A stretch of DNA of 64,000 nt from Raillietiella orientalis (taxonomy: Eukaryota): the NCBI GenBank assembly GCA_036172245.1, contig JAYWIR010000045.1, positions 682,001-746,000 of the forward strand, read 5' to 3'. The position numbers and the translations under genes were made by a program. Positions 1-13,159 of the stretch are shown one piece after another; within the stretch, counting starts at the first letter, position 1; the number at the start of each line of letters is the position of its first letter. The notes beneath the pieces are model-generated. The model saw only the letters and a program-made list of their open reading frames with translations. It did not search any database and was not told the origin of the DNA.

Positions 1-1500
1 GTACATTTCTTCTTGTAACAGCGAGCTCGTGAAAAACGATTGTACGATTGGCTGCTGCCAATCGTACAACCACAGCAGAGCTAGTTCTTCGTTTAGGTTG
101 CCAAAAAGCCTTCCTGATGTCTGCCTCACCAAACTTTCGTGCTACCCCAGATGATAAGTCATCTTCACCTATGAGAATGGGGAATGATCCTTTCTTTCAG
201 ATGCACGAACGCATGGTAGAGACTCAAATGAATCTCCTGGTGGAGCTTTCTTGTTGATCTCACTCCAGCAAATACACTCGCATATTCATTGATAGAAGTC
301 CTTGCTTGCTCCAAGGTCAAGAACGCTTCCATCGAGATTTCTCAACTACCTATCGATTCCTCTGTATCAGTCATACAGACTGCCGACAAACAACGAGACT
401 GGTTTTTCCGTGATGGAACTTCTCGTTCGCCTGTCGAATCACATCAGGAAGCCCTTCGAAATACCTTTTCCGAAGAGGAAGAGAGGGGTGGACTGGCTCC
501 AGAGTTGGTGATCTCAACTGCAGCAAGTTGACCAAAGCTTCTTTTGAATCCTTCCTGTACAGGATTTTAGAAAGGAGCTCCTTATGTACTCTCACAGCCT
601 CCATGCACTTCATATCCACAATAACAATGATGCTTCGTGTTTCCGAGCATTCTCTCCGGCACGAGAAATGGCCAGTAGTTTACTTGGACTTCAAGACCGA
701 AATCGTAGGATGGAGCCACATACCAGCACTATTTTCTTCTAGGAAGAAAAAGGTAGCACGAATTCACGAGGTTCCAATGATGTAGAATGTGAAACATTTT
801 GTGAAAAACTCCGTTTTCTACAGAAATGACTTCTTGAAGCCAGCCCGCTTCGAAGATCGCTACGTTTCGCCTCAAAGTCCGAAGTAAATGGAACGGTTTC
901 AAGTGGTTCACCCTGTATTTTATTCTAGCGTCTCTGACCGAAGTGCTGCGGAGAAGCTGCCAAGGTATCCATGAAGGTTTCTGTTTACAGCAAGAGTTCC
1001 ACGAGCAGCGCTGACAGTTAAAACTCTGAACTCCGTGATCCATTCTCATGCGTTTTCCTCACATCCTTATGGTGGGTTCCACAAACCATTTGGAAAGGGT
1101 TCTTACCGCCTAAATTTTCTTGGGCCTTCGAGAGGAATTTTACATCATGCCTTGTTTTCTTGCCATCCAGGAGGAACGCTATAGGCAGATGTTTTTCTGA
1201 GACCGATTGCTACGAGGTTGCACCCATTTTTCCAGGAATGGCTGCCATCACCTCCTAGACCACGCCCGTTCTTTACGGTGCAGTGGAACCAGTCTTCTTA
1301 TATGTACAGCATGTCCGGTCAGTTTTGCATCAGTCTATCCCTTTAATTGGGTCCACCGTTTCTGCCTTAGTCGTTCCGAACCGATGGAAAACGTTTTCAT
1401 TTGTCTTCTCCGGAAAATGGATCGTCCGTTCATCACGGATGAGTAAGTGATTCTGTTCCCTGTGAGAACGAAGATCACTTCGTTGCCATCGTAGCCCTCC
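1..1500 (-). pseudogene. Decayed Polinton/Maverick-type pPolB, C-terminal half
   Basis: Minus strand, in the expected order across frameshifts: SYDFGLEVQVNYWPFL (710-663; cf. GYxLEVDLxYP), ANEKFHHGKT (430-401; motif B NNSxFGKT), AFLTLEQARTSINEY (326-282; GFxILELSKxxMY). Confidence 0.55.
40..69. repeat. Perfect 13-bp hairpin
   Basis: ttgtacgattggc-tgct-gccaatcgtacaa read directly. Confidence 0.9.
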
Positions 1501-1599
1501 GTTGGTTGCTCATGTGTGTATTTTCTCCTCAACATAAGTGTTCACCACAACTTCCTAACATTCAATCTCAGGAATGCAGAATTATCAAGGAGAATTCAC

Positions 1600-2900
1600 G
1601 CTGAAGGACTTTGATTTGCAGAAAACAGGAAAGCATGGAATGTCCAAAGCAAAAGTCGCACACTCTTCATCTCGGTCTTCTATTTGTATCCATACTTCTA
1701 TTTGTATCGATGTTCCATTTAGAGAGAGTCAAGCGGAATTTGCGCTTCAGGAGTTTTACATTCCTAGAGACGCAAGCCTATTTTTACTACATCTACTGTC
1801 TGCAACGTTTTATAATGTGATGGCGAAAGCGATGGTCCATCAGAGGTCGATTTGCGCGTCTCCAACGGAAAATCTTCAGTCAGAAACTTTTAAATACAAT
1901 CTTTGTGTTTCAGAGACAATTTCTTTTTTGCCTCTCTGAGAAGAACAACTTTTGATTCGGTCTGCTGGAAGAGGAGGAGAACAAAATGATGTGATGAAAA
2001 CATCCAACAGTGGAAAACTTGCAGGAAGTGTGGCTAATGGGCGACACAAGCTGCTGTAAACCGTGTGGGAAGGTGAGGTTGGTGTAAGCCAAAAAAAAGC
2101 GCCTTTTGTTTAGAAGGCATTTTCTTCTGTTCTCATGTGGAGTATCAAAGAGAAAGGTGGATGAATGTTGGCATGAAATTCCAAGCACTCAGCTGTGGTG
2201 CCATGAATGGAAACGTGCTGTGTCTTGGGCACACAGTTCTTGCATGCGCGCAGAGTAACGACCGTTCCCAGAATTGTCTGCTTGTTTATGTTTTGGGCTA
2301 ATCCCACTGAAGTTGGACTTCCTTCGAAAGGGGAAATTTGCAGCCAGCCGCAAAATGTCAAAGTGAAAGATCGGGATTTGATTTCAGGTTTAAAAGGGAC
2401 ACTCGAAGGTGGTACGAAGTCCCTGCAAAATCGAAAAGACAAATGTTCGCTTGATACCCAATCATGCAGATATTAAAGTATGATCATCAAGCAGTGCCTG
2501 CGATCTAACCAGCAATATAATTCCATGCAGAAGTAGGGTTGATGCACGCTTCTTTATGCGGTAAACAAGAAAGAGGAAAGACTAGCTCTCCGGCGGATGT
2601 GTAGCTTCGCGACGGTCTTCATTCATGTGATTGCTTAAGATTGGTAGTTGGACATGCAACCATGATAAACATTGGCAAGCAAATTCAAATGAATCGCCCA
2701 TATGAGATATTTAGTGCCATGTGTCATAGAACTTCACTAATGGATACATTTATTCCACGTTATTAATCAAGTGTGAGCAGTGGGTTTGGCATGCTCGCAA
2801 TGATTCAGAATTCAACTAGTGACGGTTGAGGATGTTGCAATTTCGTCAACAAACTATGAAACACTTCCTTTCGGCTTTGAATGTAGCATCCCTTTGGTGT
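1600..2900 (+). pseudogene. Decayed pPolB, middle region
   Basis: VENLQEVWLMGDT (~2009-2047; cf. NLGEYxxLYxxxD) and GTLEGGTKSLQNR (~2396-2434; cf. GIRGGxS). Heavily degraded. Confidence 0.35.
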
Positions 2901-3149
2901 CGCCAAAGCTCCTGAGTGGCTACAATCCCCATGAACAAATGCGCCTCTTTCCCACAAATTATCCATCCTTGGTCACCGTAACGACGATGAGCATCTTGCA
3001 CTCACCGCAGCAAGAACAGTCTAATGCTCTGTTGCCTTTACTAGGAATAGCATCACGCAAGTACACACATCCAGCCACGCGCTAATGTATCACGAGGCAC
3101 AAAACTGAAAGATGCTGCTGAACAACGCATGCAAGTGTTTCGTGTGCTT

Positions 3150-3850
3150 TGACTCATGGATGAGTAAACTCCCATCGCAAGCAATACGCTTTGAACTCCA
3201 TTCGGACTATTCGGACCTTCATCGCAAAGGTTTCTAAAGAAAGTTTCTTAAGCCTGCGAACGATCCGCTCGCCCCGGATGGAAGTAGCTGTTACGAAGAG
3301 CTCCTCACTTTTGTGTTCTTGCATCCAACTCCAATGACCCTTTTCAGTATTTTTTCCGTCAGAGGCACGCGGTGCACTCATGCATTCCGGGTCTCCTGGC
3401 CAGATCAGAGTTGATTCGAGGTCCCCGTGTTGCTTTGTGCTGCCTTAGTCCGAGAAAAGCATCCTGGCGGAAGTTTCAACAGATCCCATTTTGGGGGTTG
3501 GTGTTCTTGAAAATCTTTCCCCAAGTACAGGGTATTCCTTCCCACAGATATTTTTGGAGCTGCAGGTCGTCACCTAAGAATCAGAGCACAGACACATAAG
3601 CAGTCTGGGTCCCATCCCAAATGCCTGCCTGGAATCTCAGCGGGAAGGAGAGAGAGAAGCGAGCGACTGAATCGCCTGCAGATGGCTTCAGATAATTCCC
3701 TTCACGTTCCTCCCAAATAATATATTGAACTTACCAAACGCTTTGGACAAAATACGTGGCAGGATTTCAACTTGGGAGCACACTGTGCTCTTGGTTGGAA
3801 CGCAATCCCTCTGCTCGTAACTTTCCATGGGACAAGGAGTATCGGAGGAA
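3150..3850 (-). pseudogene. Decayed pPolB, N-terminal region
   Basis: MESYEQRD (~3828-3805; cf. FEQRGSGW), DPDCLCVCAL (3611-3582; cf. NDxxCFxWxxLA), GHWSWMQ (cf. HYCWIK), in order. Confidence 0.45.
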
Positions 3851-4628
3851 ATCGCAAACCCAAGCCGAGACGCGGAGGAATTCAAATCTTTTTTTTTTTT
3901 TTTTCTTTACGGCTGCTCCGTCTCCTCCCACCCGTTCTGCCGATGCCTTCCAGGCCCGCGAGGAACTCTTTGAGAGAATTCCTGGCCCATGATCAGTGGC
4001 AAACGGGCGTTTCGTGCAAATCCTCGAAAACCCATTTTTGCGGGTTGGCAGGGATGAACGCTAGCGCCTTCTCACGATGAAACTTCACAGTGACACTGTC
4101 TCTAGGCTACGCGCGCACGGGAAGAGAAGATTTTTGCGTTCAGTACCTTCCATCACCGGTTGGATACACTTCGGAATGGCACATGAACTTTTTAAAAGCA
4201 ACCTTTTCAAATGATCAGATCATTTTGGAAAAATCGAACCCTCGCTTTCTCCTTCTAAAGCGATCTCGGGAGTCGACATATTGCTAATCTGCAAGAGGCC
4301 TTTTTTGCTCCTAGCACCTTAGGCAGAAGGCACTCGCATCTAGGCGACCATGGACTTGGACCAGAACGTAGGGCACAAAACGTCCCTCTTTCAAAGATTC
4401 CGTTCCAACTCACTCCATACAGAAGCGTGCAAAGACCTCGGTCGTTTCATGCTTCTGCTTCCGACTGACTTGATTCTTTTAAATTTAGATCTCAGAGCGG
4501 ATTTTAAGAAGGGACAAACCCATGTCGAAGAAGCGATCAATTTTGAGCGTATTTGGTAGAAATGTTCTTTTCGCCCAGAAGTTCAGTGTCTTCTTTTTCC
4601 AGCTGGAGTCGTAGATGATAACGATGAC

Positions 4629-4986
4629 AAGAAGAGCACGGGCGGTATGGCTTCTAGGAATCAGCTGGCAACGAAAGCGGCATTCAAGAGCTCTCCAGCC
4701 ATAGATATGGCAACACGGACTCCACGGAAGACTTGTCGTTCCCGGAAGCGCATGGGGCTGTTGATCCGCACCTTGCCTTCCTAACTCCTGGTCGGCTCTA
4801 CGACCCAGGATTCCAACACGGAACTACGTCTTCCAAGATCAGTAGCTCTGTACGCCCTGCAAGAAGACAGAGAAGCCTACTTGGTCGGCCTGTTTGAAGA
4901 CACCGTCTGTTCGCTGTCCATGACAAGCGCGTGATCATCATGCTGGAGGGTGTGAAGCTGGCCCTCGCATCCGCGGTGAGAGTGCC
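4629..4986 (+). pseudogene. H3: Histone H3 pseudogene (5'-truncated, internal deletion, stop and frameshifts)
   Basis: KKSTGGMASRNQLATKAAFKSSPA matches H3 [47 protein letters not shown]...ALQEDREAYLVGLFEDT and DKRVIIM...RIRGESA match the histone fold and C-terminus. Confidence 0.92.
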
Positions 4987-5138
4987 CAAGTCGGAGCAGG
5001 AAAAGGTCCGACGAAAATGAAGGCTCAACACCAGCCCTTCCCTCTTTCGGTGAGCCCAAAACCGGAGGACAAGGCCCTGGTTTTGAAGCGGGAGAGAAGC
5101 AGGTTTTTTGCACGGTGCCCCACTACTAAGTAAATAAG

Positions 5139-6700
5139 ATGGGATCCCTAGGCAGCCTCCGAAGTCCGGAAAGCCAGGATTTGGTCCATTCTGGGTTCAG
5201 ACATCAGGAGCCTTTACATAATTGCGGATGGCAGGAGGTTAAAGGCAGAGGTCAGCCATTCTGCTCTACCTCCTCTACCGCTGTTCCGGTTCTCGATTGC
5301 CGGATACCTGAAGCAGCATCTCAGATTCAGACCTGGCAAAAGGGTCAATCGAGCTCGCACGCCCATGCCTCTGCCGATTCTTTCCTGCCAAGAAGACGTC
5401 CCCAGTCGAGGGAAGGCAACCGGTTCGTTTCCAAGGTAGCGTCGGTAGCCGTGCATTTTCCATCAACCCACGCCAGCAACAACGTCACAGCGTTCTCGGG
5501 TCGTTCGTCGCTTGGGTGCCGGGCCCAGAGGATGGAAGGAGATCTTTCCTGTCAGCATCTGATCCTTTGGATCGCATGTCCTGGCTGTTCGCCGCACAGT
5601 CTCCTTCGTGGGGTGGGAGCGCTACCGCTCTCAGAGTCGAGAGGAGGGGCAGATGCGGTTACTAGGCGAAAAGCGGATCATGGGCCCACTTCCCCTTCCG
5701 TAGGAGCCGGCACAGGAGATCCACTCCTCTGGAAAGGGCTTGGAATCGACCTCAACAGCGCTACTGGGACGCGACTGTTTCGGCAGCCTCCTTCCGGTCG
5801 CATTTGAGGGTCCATCCGGGCGCTTCGGTGTTTCTGAGGTCTTCCTTTCCTTTCCGAAGCCGCTCAAGGACCTCAGGAATCGCCTTTTCTGCGCAGAGAG
5901 GGTTGGTGGTGGCCTTCTTTCTCTCTTTCTGTCTCCTTCCTCCGCATTTGCTTTCCAGACTCTCTTCCGTCTCCCGAACCGTTGCCCGGGATTTTCCCTA
6001 ATCCCGGAAGGGAAACAAAAAGCGAACTGTTCGATTTCCCCAGCTCGCACCGACGGTGGACGGCAGAAAAACCGGAGGTCCGTCCTTCTATTCCTCCGGA
6101 GCGCGATCCCTCGCGGCAGCGGCTTCCTCCTTTCCCATGGACAGAATCTCGCAAAGCCAGTTTCCGGAAACGCGCTTTCCGGCATTCCCTAAGAGACCGC
6201 CGGCGCCGGGCTGCTCTCGTGGATGGCTGCTGACTGAAAGTCAGCAGTCAACTGATGGAAGGACCCGCTGAGTGTACAACAAATGCTCTCTGCAGGGAAA
6301 ATTAGCCTCCAGGGAGCAGAGCTCTTTCCGGAGAGATGCTCGGGCTTTAGGCTTCATTTGGAATCCGAGTGATTCCCAGGAGACAGCTCGTCTGCTGCCG
6401 CAGCTTCGCGCGGGTTCACTCAGCAGTCCATTCCTCAGATCCAGCCTCCCCCGACAGAAGGGAACGTGTTATGAGTGGCGCGTCTTGCGGAGGGGAAAAC
6501 GACAGGGACTTCCCGGACGCTTCGGATGCTCGGAGTGCGAAAGCGCGCTTGGTACTGACCTCTACGGCTCCAGATTCTCCTTCGTAACCCGCTAGCCCGA
6601 AGCATACCCGTCCAGAAAAGGGACCAGGAAAGATCCCCAGTTTTTCGTGCTTTGGCGTTCGCACGCCTTTATTCTCCCATTCCCTTCCGGGCCGCCATTC
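5139..6700 (+). pseudogene. Decayed pPolB, N-terminal to middle region
   Basis: ORF 5139-5807 has LHNCGWQEV (GSGW), NRFVSKVASVAVHFP (cf. NPxRVSKY...IxFP) and QHLILWI (HYxWI). FLSFPKPLKD follows (cf. LxFxNxxKQL). Confidence 0.5.
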
Positions 6701-6859
6701 CTGAGAGGAGAGCACGGCGAGCAAAGTAGCTGCTCCAGCGACGACCTACTCGTACTGCAGCAGTCTTGGCGCCCAGCAATTCACGAGGAGTAGAAATCTT
6801 CTCCTGCAAGATGCATATGGTTTGCACTTTCACCCTCATTTCCGAATGGTTGACCCATG

Positions 6860-7230
6860 ATGAACTACCTCTTCAATAAGTTCATCAAGAACCAAGTTGG
6901 TCCTCTTCAGGAAGCAAGAAAGCCCTTGAGCTCTCCCATGAAAAAGAGAGGCGCAGCCTCGTACAGTCGGAAGTACAGCAACCTCTTCCGGAACCTTACA
7001 GTCAAGATAGACGCCCACCACAGGCATCCTAAGGGAGGTCTTTGCAAAAGCAAGATGATCGATCAGCTTCACCGAGGAACCAGCAAACAGGGAGGCTGCA
7101 TGGAAAGCCATAGTATCGACAACGAAAGCTATCGGCAAATGAAAAAGAGGGAACACCTTCCAGAGCCTTCCCATCCTGACTGTTCCTTCCATCCCGGTCA
7201 CACTGCAACCTGTGGTCCCTCTGAGCGACG
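6860..7230 (+). pseudogene. pPolB N-terminal fragment, inverted paralog of 9360-9690
   Basis: Clear nucleotide similarity to the reverse complement of ~9360-9690. LSSPMKKRG..YSNLFRNL resembles LxFPMKLKDIxKFEKLNxNL. Confidence 0.6.
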
Positions 7231-7440
7231 ATGAAGATGAACTGCTTCTTTTATCCCCACTGCACCCCAACCCTCGTTCAGAGTGCCTTGGAAGGACCGA
7301 GGCATTGCGAGCAGTATCCCAAAAGTCCTGTCTTTGCCCAAAGTGGTGCTAATGGATGCTCAGAGAGAGAAATCGACCTGCAAATGAAAACCTGCGGCCA
7401 ACCTCCTTCTCACTGGACGGTGGGCCAGTCAGTATCCGAG

Positions 7441-9420
7441 CTAGGCAAACGCCGGGAGCGGGTCTTCGAGAAGGCTGTGCCGAGAGTTGCGCTCGTAGAC
7501 TCCTCGTTCGATGCGAGCGAGTGAATCGCTCCCAGCCCGCGCACCACGCAACGCATCGCACCGTGTGCTCATCCCTCATCCCAAGGCGGAACGCGGGAGC
7601 GAGGGATACTTACCTGGCTTCGAGGCGTTCTTGGTCACCATGGAGATCCCTCCAGAGTGAGGCTCGATCATGCACTGCGATTGGACGGACCTCTGAGATA
7701 ACCCCAAACGTGGGTTACTCGGAAGCATAATTTTTAAGGCGGAACGCGCATCTTCACTGATCCAGGTGTGGACCCGGATCTCCATCGGAGGATCGCGTCC
7801 CGCTGATCCGGGACGCTTTCCGCCCGATGGAGAACCCTTTCCGCACCGCCCACGAGGTGCGGCTGAAGAGTCCGCCTGCGCGGGCACCACCCACCAGGGA
7901 CGAGAACGCCGGCAGTTTGTGACGGAGGGGAGCGGCGCGGGAAGGCGCGCGTGCTCAGTCACTGCGTCAGTGAAGAAACCATCGTTGCTGAAGATGCGGC
8001 GAACCAGCGGCCCGGACCAGACCGAAACTGGTCACCGCCTCGGAGGCGACCGAGGGCAGGTAACGGACTCATGTCCCGGGACTCATGGCTCCAGGATGCG
8101 ACGGCATGTGGTGGGTGTTCCGTGGAGAGGCATCTGTCGTCCCTTCGGAGACTCGGCCGCGACTGCGGAAGCGTTCCGAAGGCACGAGCGAGGGTGGCTC
8201 TCTCGTTTGACGGTGGGACGACAGGTGGCACGCATCGGCAACGACATGGCGTGTCCCGCTATTGAAGATGCCACCCCCATGGAGCGGCTTCCACCCTCAG
8301 AGAAGCGATTAGAAAGCTGGCGGTAGCCAAGTGCAACCCTGGATGAGGAGGAAGCAGTCCCGTTCGGCAGGAGGTACCCGAATAATAAGGGAAGAGCGGA
8401 CTGATTGTGGAAGCGGTGGGATATTTCCGCATTGCATCCTTCCTAACGCTGCGGCCAAGGGTCAGCCTTTCCCAGCCTTCCCTTCCGAAGTCGACTTGCG
8501 CTGCAGCCGCAAAGCACCTGGCATGGCTGTTCTCCATCGGTGGTCCTCGTAGCGCTGGAAGCGGGAGCGCGGACCGCGGTGGACTGCTGCTGTTGCTACT
8601 GCCGCACCCAGCACGCCTCCTCCGGGTCGTCACGAAGGAAGTCGGCAGCTCGCCTGCAGCCCGAGTTCCCTTCCGGCGGAGCGGGCCGTGACGGGGAGCG
8701 ATGCGACCACCAAACGGCGAAATCCCTTCTCGTGCAGGACCTCCTCACCGCCGGGTCGGGTGTTCCCGCGGACGAGATCAGCCTTCTGACTGAAACCACC
8801 TCTGCATTTCACTTCGATCCTTTCTCTTGCAGGTCTTCGTGCGACGCCTTGTGCCCGCGTTCGTGGAGGTGCGCGGCAGTTCTGATCTCTGGCATTCGTC
8901 CGATCTGCAAATGAGGCGGCCCTGCCGCCGGTGCAGATCCCAGCTTTAACGTGGTCGCGCGCGGACTCGTCCGAGAGATCCGATGTCCTTGGCAGCTCGT
9001 GGGACTGACAGCTGGTTGGTTGGTTCCCCTCGTTTTTTGTTTTCCGCTGACAAGACCGGAGCGAAAGAGATTCTTCCCTGTGTCCTCCAGGAGACAGGTC
9101 CTCCAAGGAGATTTTGCGCACGGCCAGTGACCTGTTCCGAGCATCTCGCCGCGCACGAATCGCGCGCGCTGTACGCTCCGGACGCCTGTACGGGAATTCC
9201 TCGTAGGTTCTGCGCGGTTTGGAGATCCGAAGAAGGACCTGGTGATGGGCGAGACTTCCGAGGAGACGGGTGGCGCGCATCAGGAAAGACGTGAACACGG
9301 CGGCCGTTCCAGAGACGCGTGGTGGAAGCATCCACCACTGGCATCTTCCTAAGGAACCACAGGCTGCTGTGTGGCCGGGATGGAAGGGACAGTCAGGCCG
9401 CGAAGGCGGTGGAAGGTGCC
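7441..9420 (+). repeat. ~1.98-kb near-identical direct repeat, copy 1 (copy 2 at 33366-35345)
   Basis: Constant offset of 25,925 bp. ORF translations are identical except for isolated substitutions (~8156, ~8931, a few near 9400-9420). Confidence 0.97.
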
Positions 9421-9950
9421 CCCTCTCCTTCATTTGCCGATACCCCGCTCCTCCTATTCCGTCGTGGTTTAAGCAACAGAACCTGAGGGCTTTCCATGCA
9501 GCCTCCCTGTTCGCTGGTTCCTCGGGGAAGCTGATAGATCGTCTTGCTTTTGCAAAGGCTCCCCTCAGAATGCCTGTGGTGACTGTCTGTCTTGACTGCA
9601 AGGTTCCGGAAGAGGTTGCTGTACTTCCGACTGGACGATGCTGTGCCTCTCTTTTTCATGGGAGAGCTCAAGAGTTTTCTTGCTTCGTAAAGAAGACAGA
9701 CAGTGAGCTGCCGTTCAGTCGTGAATTCGCACAAGGAAAGAATCGTAAAAGTAACACAAGCAGCAGTGAACTCTGATCAACTCTGATTATTATGGTAGTT
9801 CATCATGGGTGAACCACTTCGAAACGCAACATCTGTGTGCTCCACTCCGTCTCGTTCTGAAAGCTGGTTTTGTCTCCTTGCAACCTCCGATGGCAAGGAA
9901 TGGACGCCATTTGGTCAGTAAGCCTCCAGCGCTTCCGCTTTGGGGGCTTT
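7441..9950 (-). pseudogene. Decayed pPolB, N-terminal region to beyond motif A (GC-rich copy)
   Basis: In order: LSSPMKK, RFCCLN (HYCWIKN), FTSFLMR (FxNFxKQ), GHWPCA (QKHxPC), AGIC..NARDQNC..QGVAR (CHIC..VRDHCH..RGxAH), LFPYY (FPYEY), RLRGGD (IRGG). Confidence 0.6.
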
Positions 9951-10329
9951 TAATGGATTCCGCTTACTTTCCTCCACCCAGTGAAAAGTTGGTTACCGGA
10001 TAAAAAGTTCCTTTGCATTCGATGCAGCGTTGCCAGGACGTTCGTTTCCTGGCACGAATATCTGGGAATTTGATTGAGCAGAAGTGTTGCTGGGGAGCTC
10101 ATCAAGTATGTTCAACGTGTTGTGGTGAACGTGTTCCAACGGCATAACCGTCGAGGCATTTCCACGCTTGTGTTGGCGATCGCTCTAACCGCTAATCCGG
10201 AGGCTACTTTATTGGAGTCTGAGCATGCATCTCTTGCTAGCAAGAAGGCTGCGTTTATCTACTCTTTGCTATTCCACTGATCCAGCACTCGGATTATGCC
10301 TATTTTACCAAGATTTGCCATCCCATTAT

Positions 10330-11400
10330 CGCTGAACGTGATGAGCCTCCGTCGGTAACGGAGGCCGTACAAGAGGAATGAAATAATGACCACTCCGAGG
10401 GAGAAAGGCATGGAATCTCAGAGAATACCAAGAGGTTGGTAGAACGATCAATAGCGAACGAGAAATCTTTCGAGAAAAAAAAATGGGAAGAGCATGGCGA
10501 ATCAGATGAAGAGGACTTTTCTGGAAATCACCCTCTAGAAAGTATCGTGTGCTGGCCAGGATTCCATCGCAGCAAACGCCCGTCCCCCAAAAGTGGTGAC
10601 CGTTCGACATCCCTCAGGGAGGGATTTCCTTCTTTCTTTTTTTCATGCTGGCGGTGCATCTCGGAGGCATAGTGGAAGGAGACCTGCATCCCTCCAGTGA
10701 TCACCTCGAGGCTATCTCCACTCTGGGGAGCGCTGAGCAGAAATGTAATCTCTAATCATCATGCTTCTAAGTGAACCATTCCCTTCTCGGAACAGCATCC
10801 CAAGTAGGTACATTCCTTGTATATTGGAAAGTGCACGAGGTTCACAGATTACTGATTGACTCATTCTTGCAGCCCGACTAAGCCTCTGTCTGTACGTGCA
10901 TCGCCTTTCAGAGATGAAGTGGAACAGTTCTACGGAAGATGAGGATCGTGGGGGCGATCCTTACGGGAACCACGTCGACCACTGCAACCACCATCATACC
11001 GTGTCCAGAGTACGACATGATAAACTCGAGTACCAAATACACGGAGAGATACAAACAACAGCAGTGGAGTCTGGTAATAGCTTCCGAACAGTCCCCATTC
11101 CAGGCAGTGATTGCAGTTTGATTTGGTACTTCGACGGGAAGCCGTGGTGGTCATGATGGACGTGGCATATCCACACAAGTACTTCATCGTGGCGTTGGAA
11201 GACTGGCGAATGAAGCAGCGGTGCAAATATCGTGGTCTGGTTCTCCATTTCACCTCTGAAGGAATCCGGGTAACGGTATAGACAACAGTCGTCATGAAAT
11301 CCCTGAGACAGGGCGGAAAGCAATGTGCCCGAAGATCCCAAGTGAGGAGGCAGACCATCTTAAACAGACGATCTGCATAACCGTGCTATGCTCGGAATGC
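10330..11400 (+). pseudogene. Decayed pPolB, middle region with motif A
   Basis: NLREYQEV (~10415), RIVGAI (~10942; IRGG), SLIWYFDG (~11115-11138; motif A SYIMYxD), then MMDVAYPHK (EVDLEYP) after a deletion/frameshift. Confidence 0.5.
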
Positions 11401-12750
11401 ATTCATGGGAAGCACAGGGATGGATCTCACCTCTGGGATAGGCCGTCGGCAGAGAAAGCGCCAGCGGTCTGTCGCACGAGTTCTTGGACAGTCAGGAAAG
11501 CAGGAACATTCGACATTTCGTCTCCTTCCCCGGAGCCTGCACATGTAGGCAGGCAGCAAAGCGGAAGATATGGGGAGGCACTACAAAAAGGAAATCCGAA
11601 AGAACTGTCTCGAGGACGTAAAGGAGAGTTCATCTCGTCCAAAAAGCCCCTTCGCACCCCGGCGAGAGTTTGGTACCCCTTCGTTTATTGCTTTCGGTCG
11701 GCGATGCGGAAATGAGGAGGCTGAGAATCAGATTGTGCTTCCGATTAGGAGCTTGTTAATCACGTGGGAACATGGGAACTTCACTATCGTCCTCGATCCC
11801 GTCGACCGAAGGAATTCTTTCACTCGGTCATGATGTCCCACGCACTCATCTCGCAAATCCATTCCGGCTGCAACCGGATATTTGCTTCAGCCGACGCTAC
11901 GAAAGCTGGCAAAAGGGTTCGGCGCGGCGCCTGGTGGACTGTCACGGAAATACGCATATTGGTGGCCACCAGTTTTCACCGGCGCTCCGAAGTTTCGAAG
12001 CTTTTCCTTCCAGGTTCTCAGGACTTACGAAAACCTCCTGGATCAGGAGGAGAAATGAAGAGAGGAAGAAAAGGAGAGCAGCTTCAGAGGAGTCCCAATC
12101 GAATTCCTCTTCGGAGTTCTCTGGATCGTGGGGAATCAAAGAAGATTGGAGCAGAGAACCCTGAAAGCTCCTGAAGCAACTGGTGAATTTATTAATGAGG
12201 ATTCACTTGGGGAATGTGTCAAGGCATTCCAGAACTTGAGGATGCCTTCCCATTCTTCAGACGTGTCTTTGAGGAGAACCAAACGCCCTGCAGACCCTCA
12301 AGCGGCAATCTGTGGTTACAAGTGGACGTGAAGGTCGAACTTGACCGATTGCGAGGGAGTCCTTGATATTATCAGCTGAATTGTCGAAACACTGAAACAT
12401 CTGAAGATCTCGGCGAGATAGGTTTGACACTCATGAACAAAAAGTCCCAGCTCCTGGTGGATCCTGGCAACGGGGGGGAACCTGAGGTCTTGTTAGGCCC
12501 CCCTTTGTTACGGCGCAGCCGTCAAGAAGTCAAGGTACTCTGCTACCCTGGATCAGTAGAAGCTTCTGCCGATAGGAAGGAACAAAGATGGATCTCTCAG
12601 AATAAATAGAACGGGAGCTGCCCTTTTCTTCCTTGGAGAAATTGAGGGTTTGCTGGAGTTTCCAGTGGCTGAAAACTCCCGCAGATAAGATCTGTGCTGC
12701 TGAGACAAAGGCGTCCAGGGGATGATTAGAAATCCCCCTCAAGATGAGCT
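11400..12750 (-). pseudogene. Decayed pPolB, middle region
   Basis: VAEYLD (PYEYxD), YLAEIFRCFSVSTI (AxxVWxxFxIxTL), VLLKDTSEEWEG (12279-12244; LLxDVFExFR), VKTGG (IRGG), in order. Confidence 0.5.
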
Positions 12751-13159
12751 AGCATGCAAGTGATCCCATGGCGGAAAATGCTGCGTCTACTTTAAAGAGT
12801 GCAAAACATTGCGAAGGTGGAGACTAGCAAAGATTTTTTCATCTTGGTAAGCACCGGATCATTTACTCATGGAATGTAAATTAAAGAAAAAAGAAAGAAA
12901 GCTCTTTGTAGGCATTGCTTTAAATGAGTAGAAGAGGGCGAAACAGTTTGCAGGGGATCCAAAAATTTAAAGCGTACATAGAGTGAGATGCACTTGGGCA
13001 TGTAGGAGCTTGTAGGATCTCCGCGTCGGGGCAACAGGTAAGCAGGCAAAGGCAACAGAGAGTGGGTAGAGAAAGATGCAGCTGCCTTCATTGGTTCGTT
13101 ATCTCTCACGTAAGCAGACCACCGTGTTTTGCGAAGTCCTCTCACATTCGAAGGCTTGG

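Noticed and set aside
200..950. Polinton integrase/chromodomain on + (IQTADKQRDWF, SKWNGF)
   Set aside because: The minus strand gives a better ordered pPolB motif series over the same bases; the plus-strand resemblance looks coincidental.
1574..3200. Minor capsid (penton) relic (EFALQEFYIP, LLPLLGI)
   Set aside because: Only short resemblances; the intervening motifs fit pPolB better.
11110..11330. Bro-N domain (FDGKPWW.MMDVA)
   Set aside because: Context (upstream NLREY and IVGA; SLIWYFD; DVAYP) fits pPolB motif A followed by EVDLEYP with a deletion.
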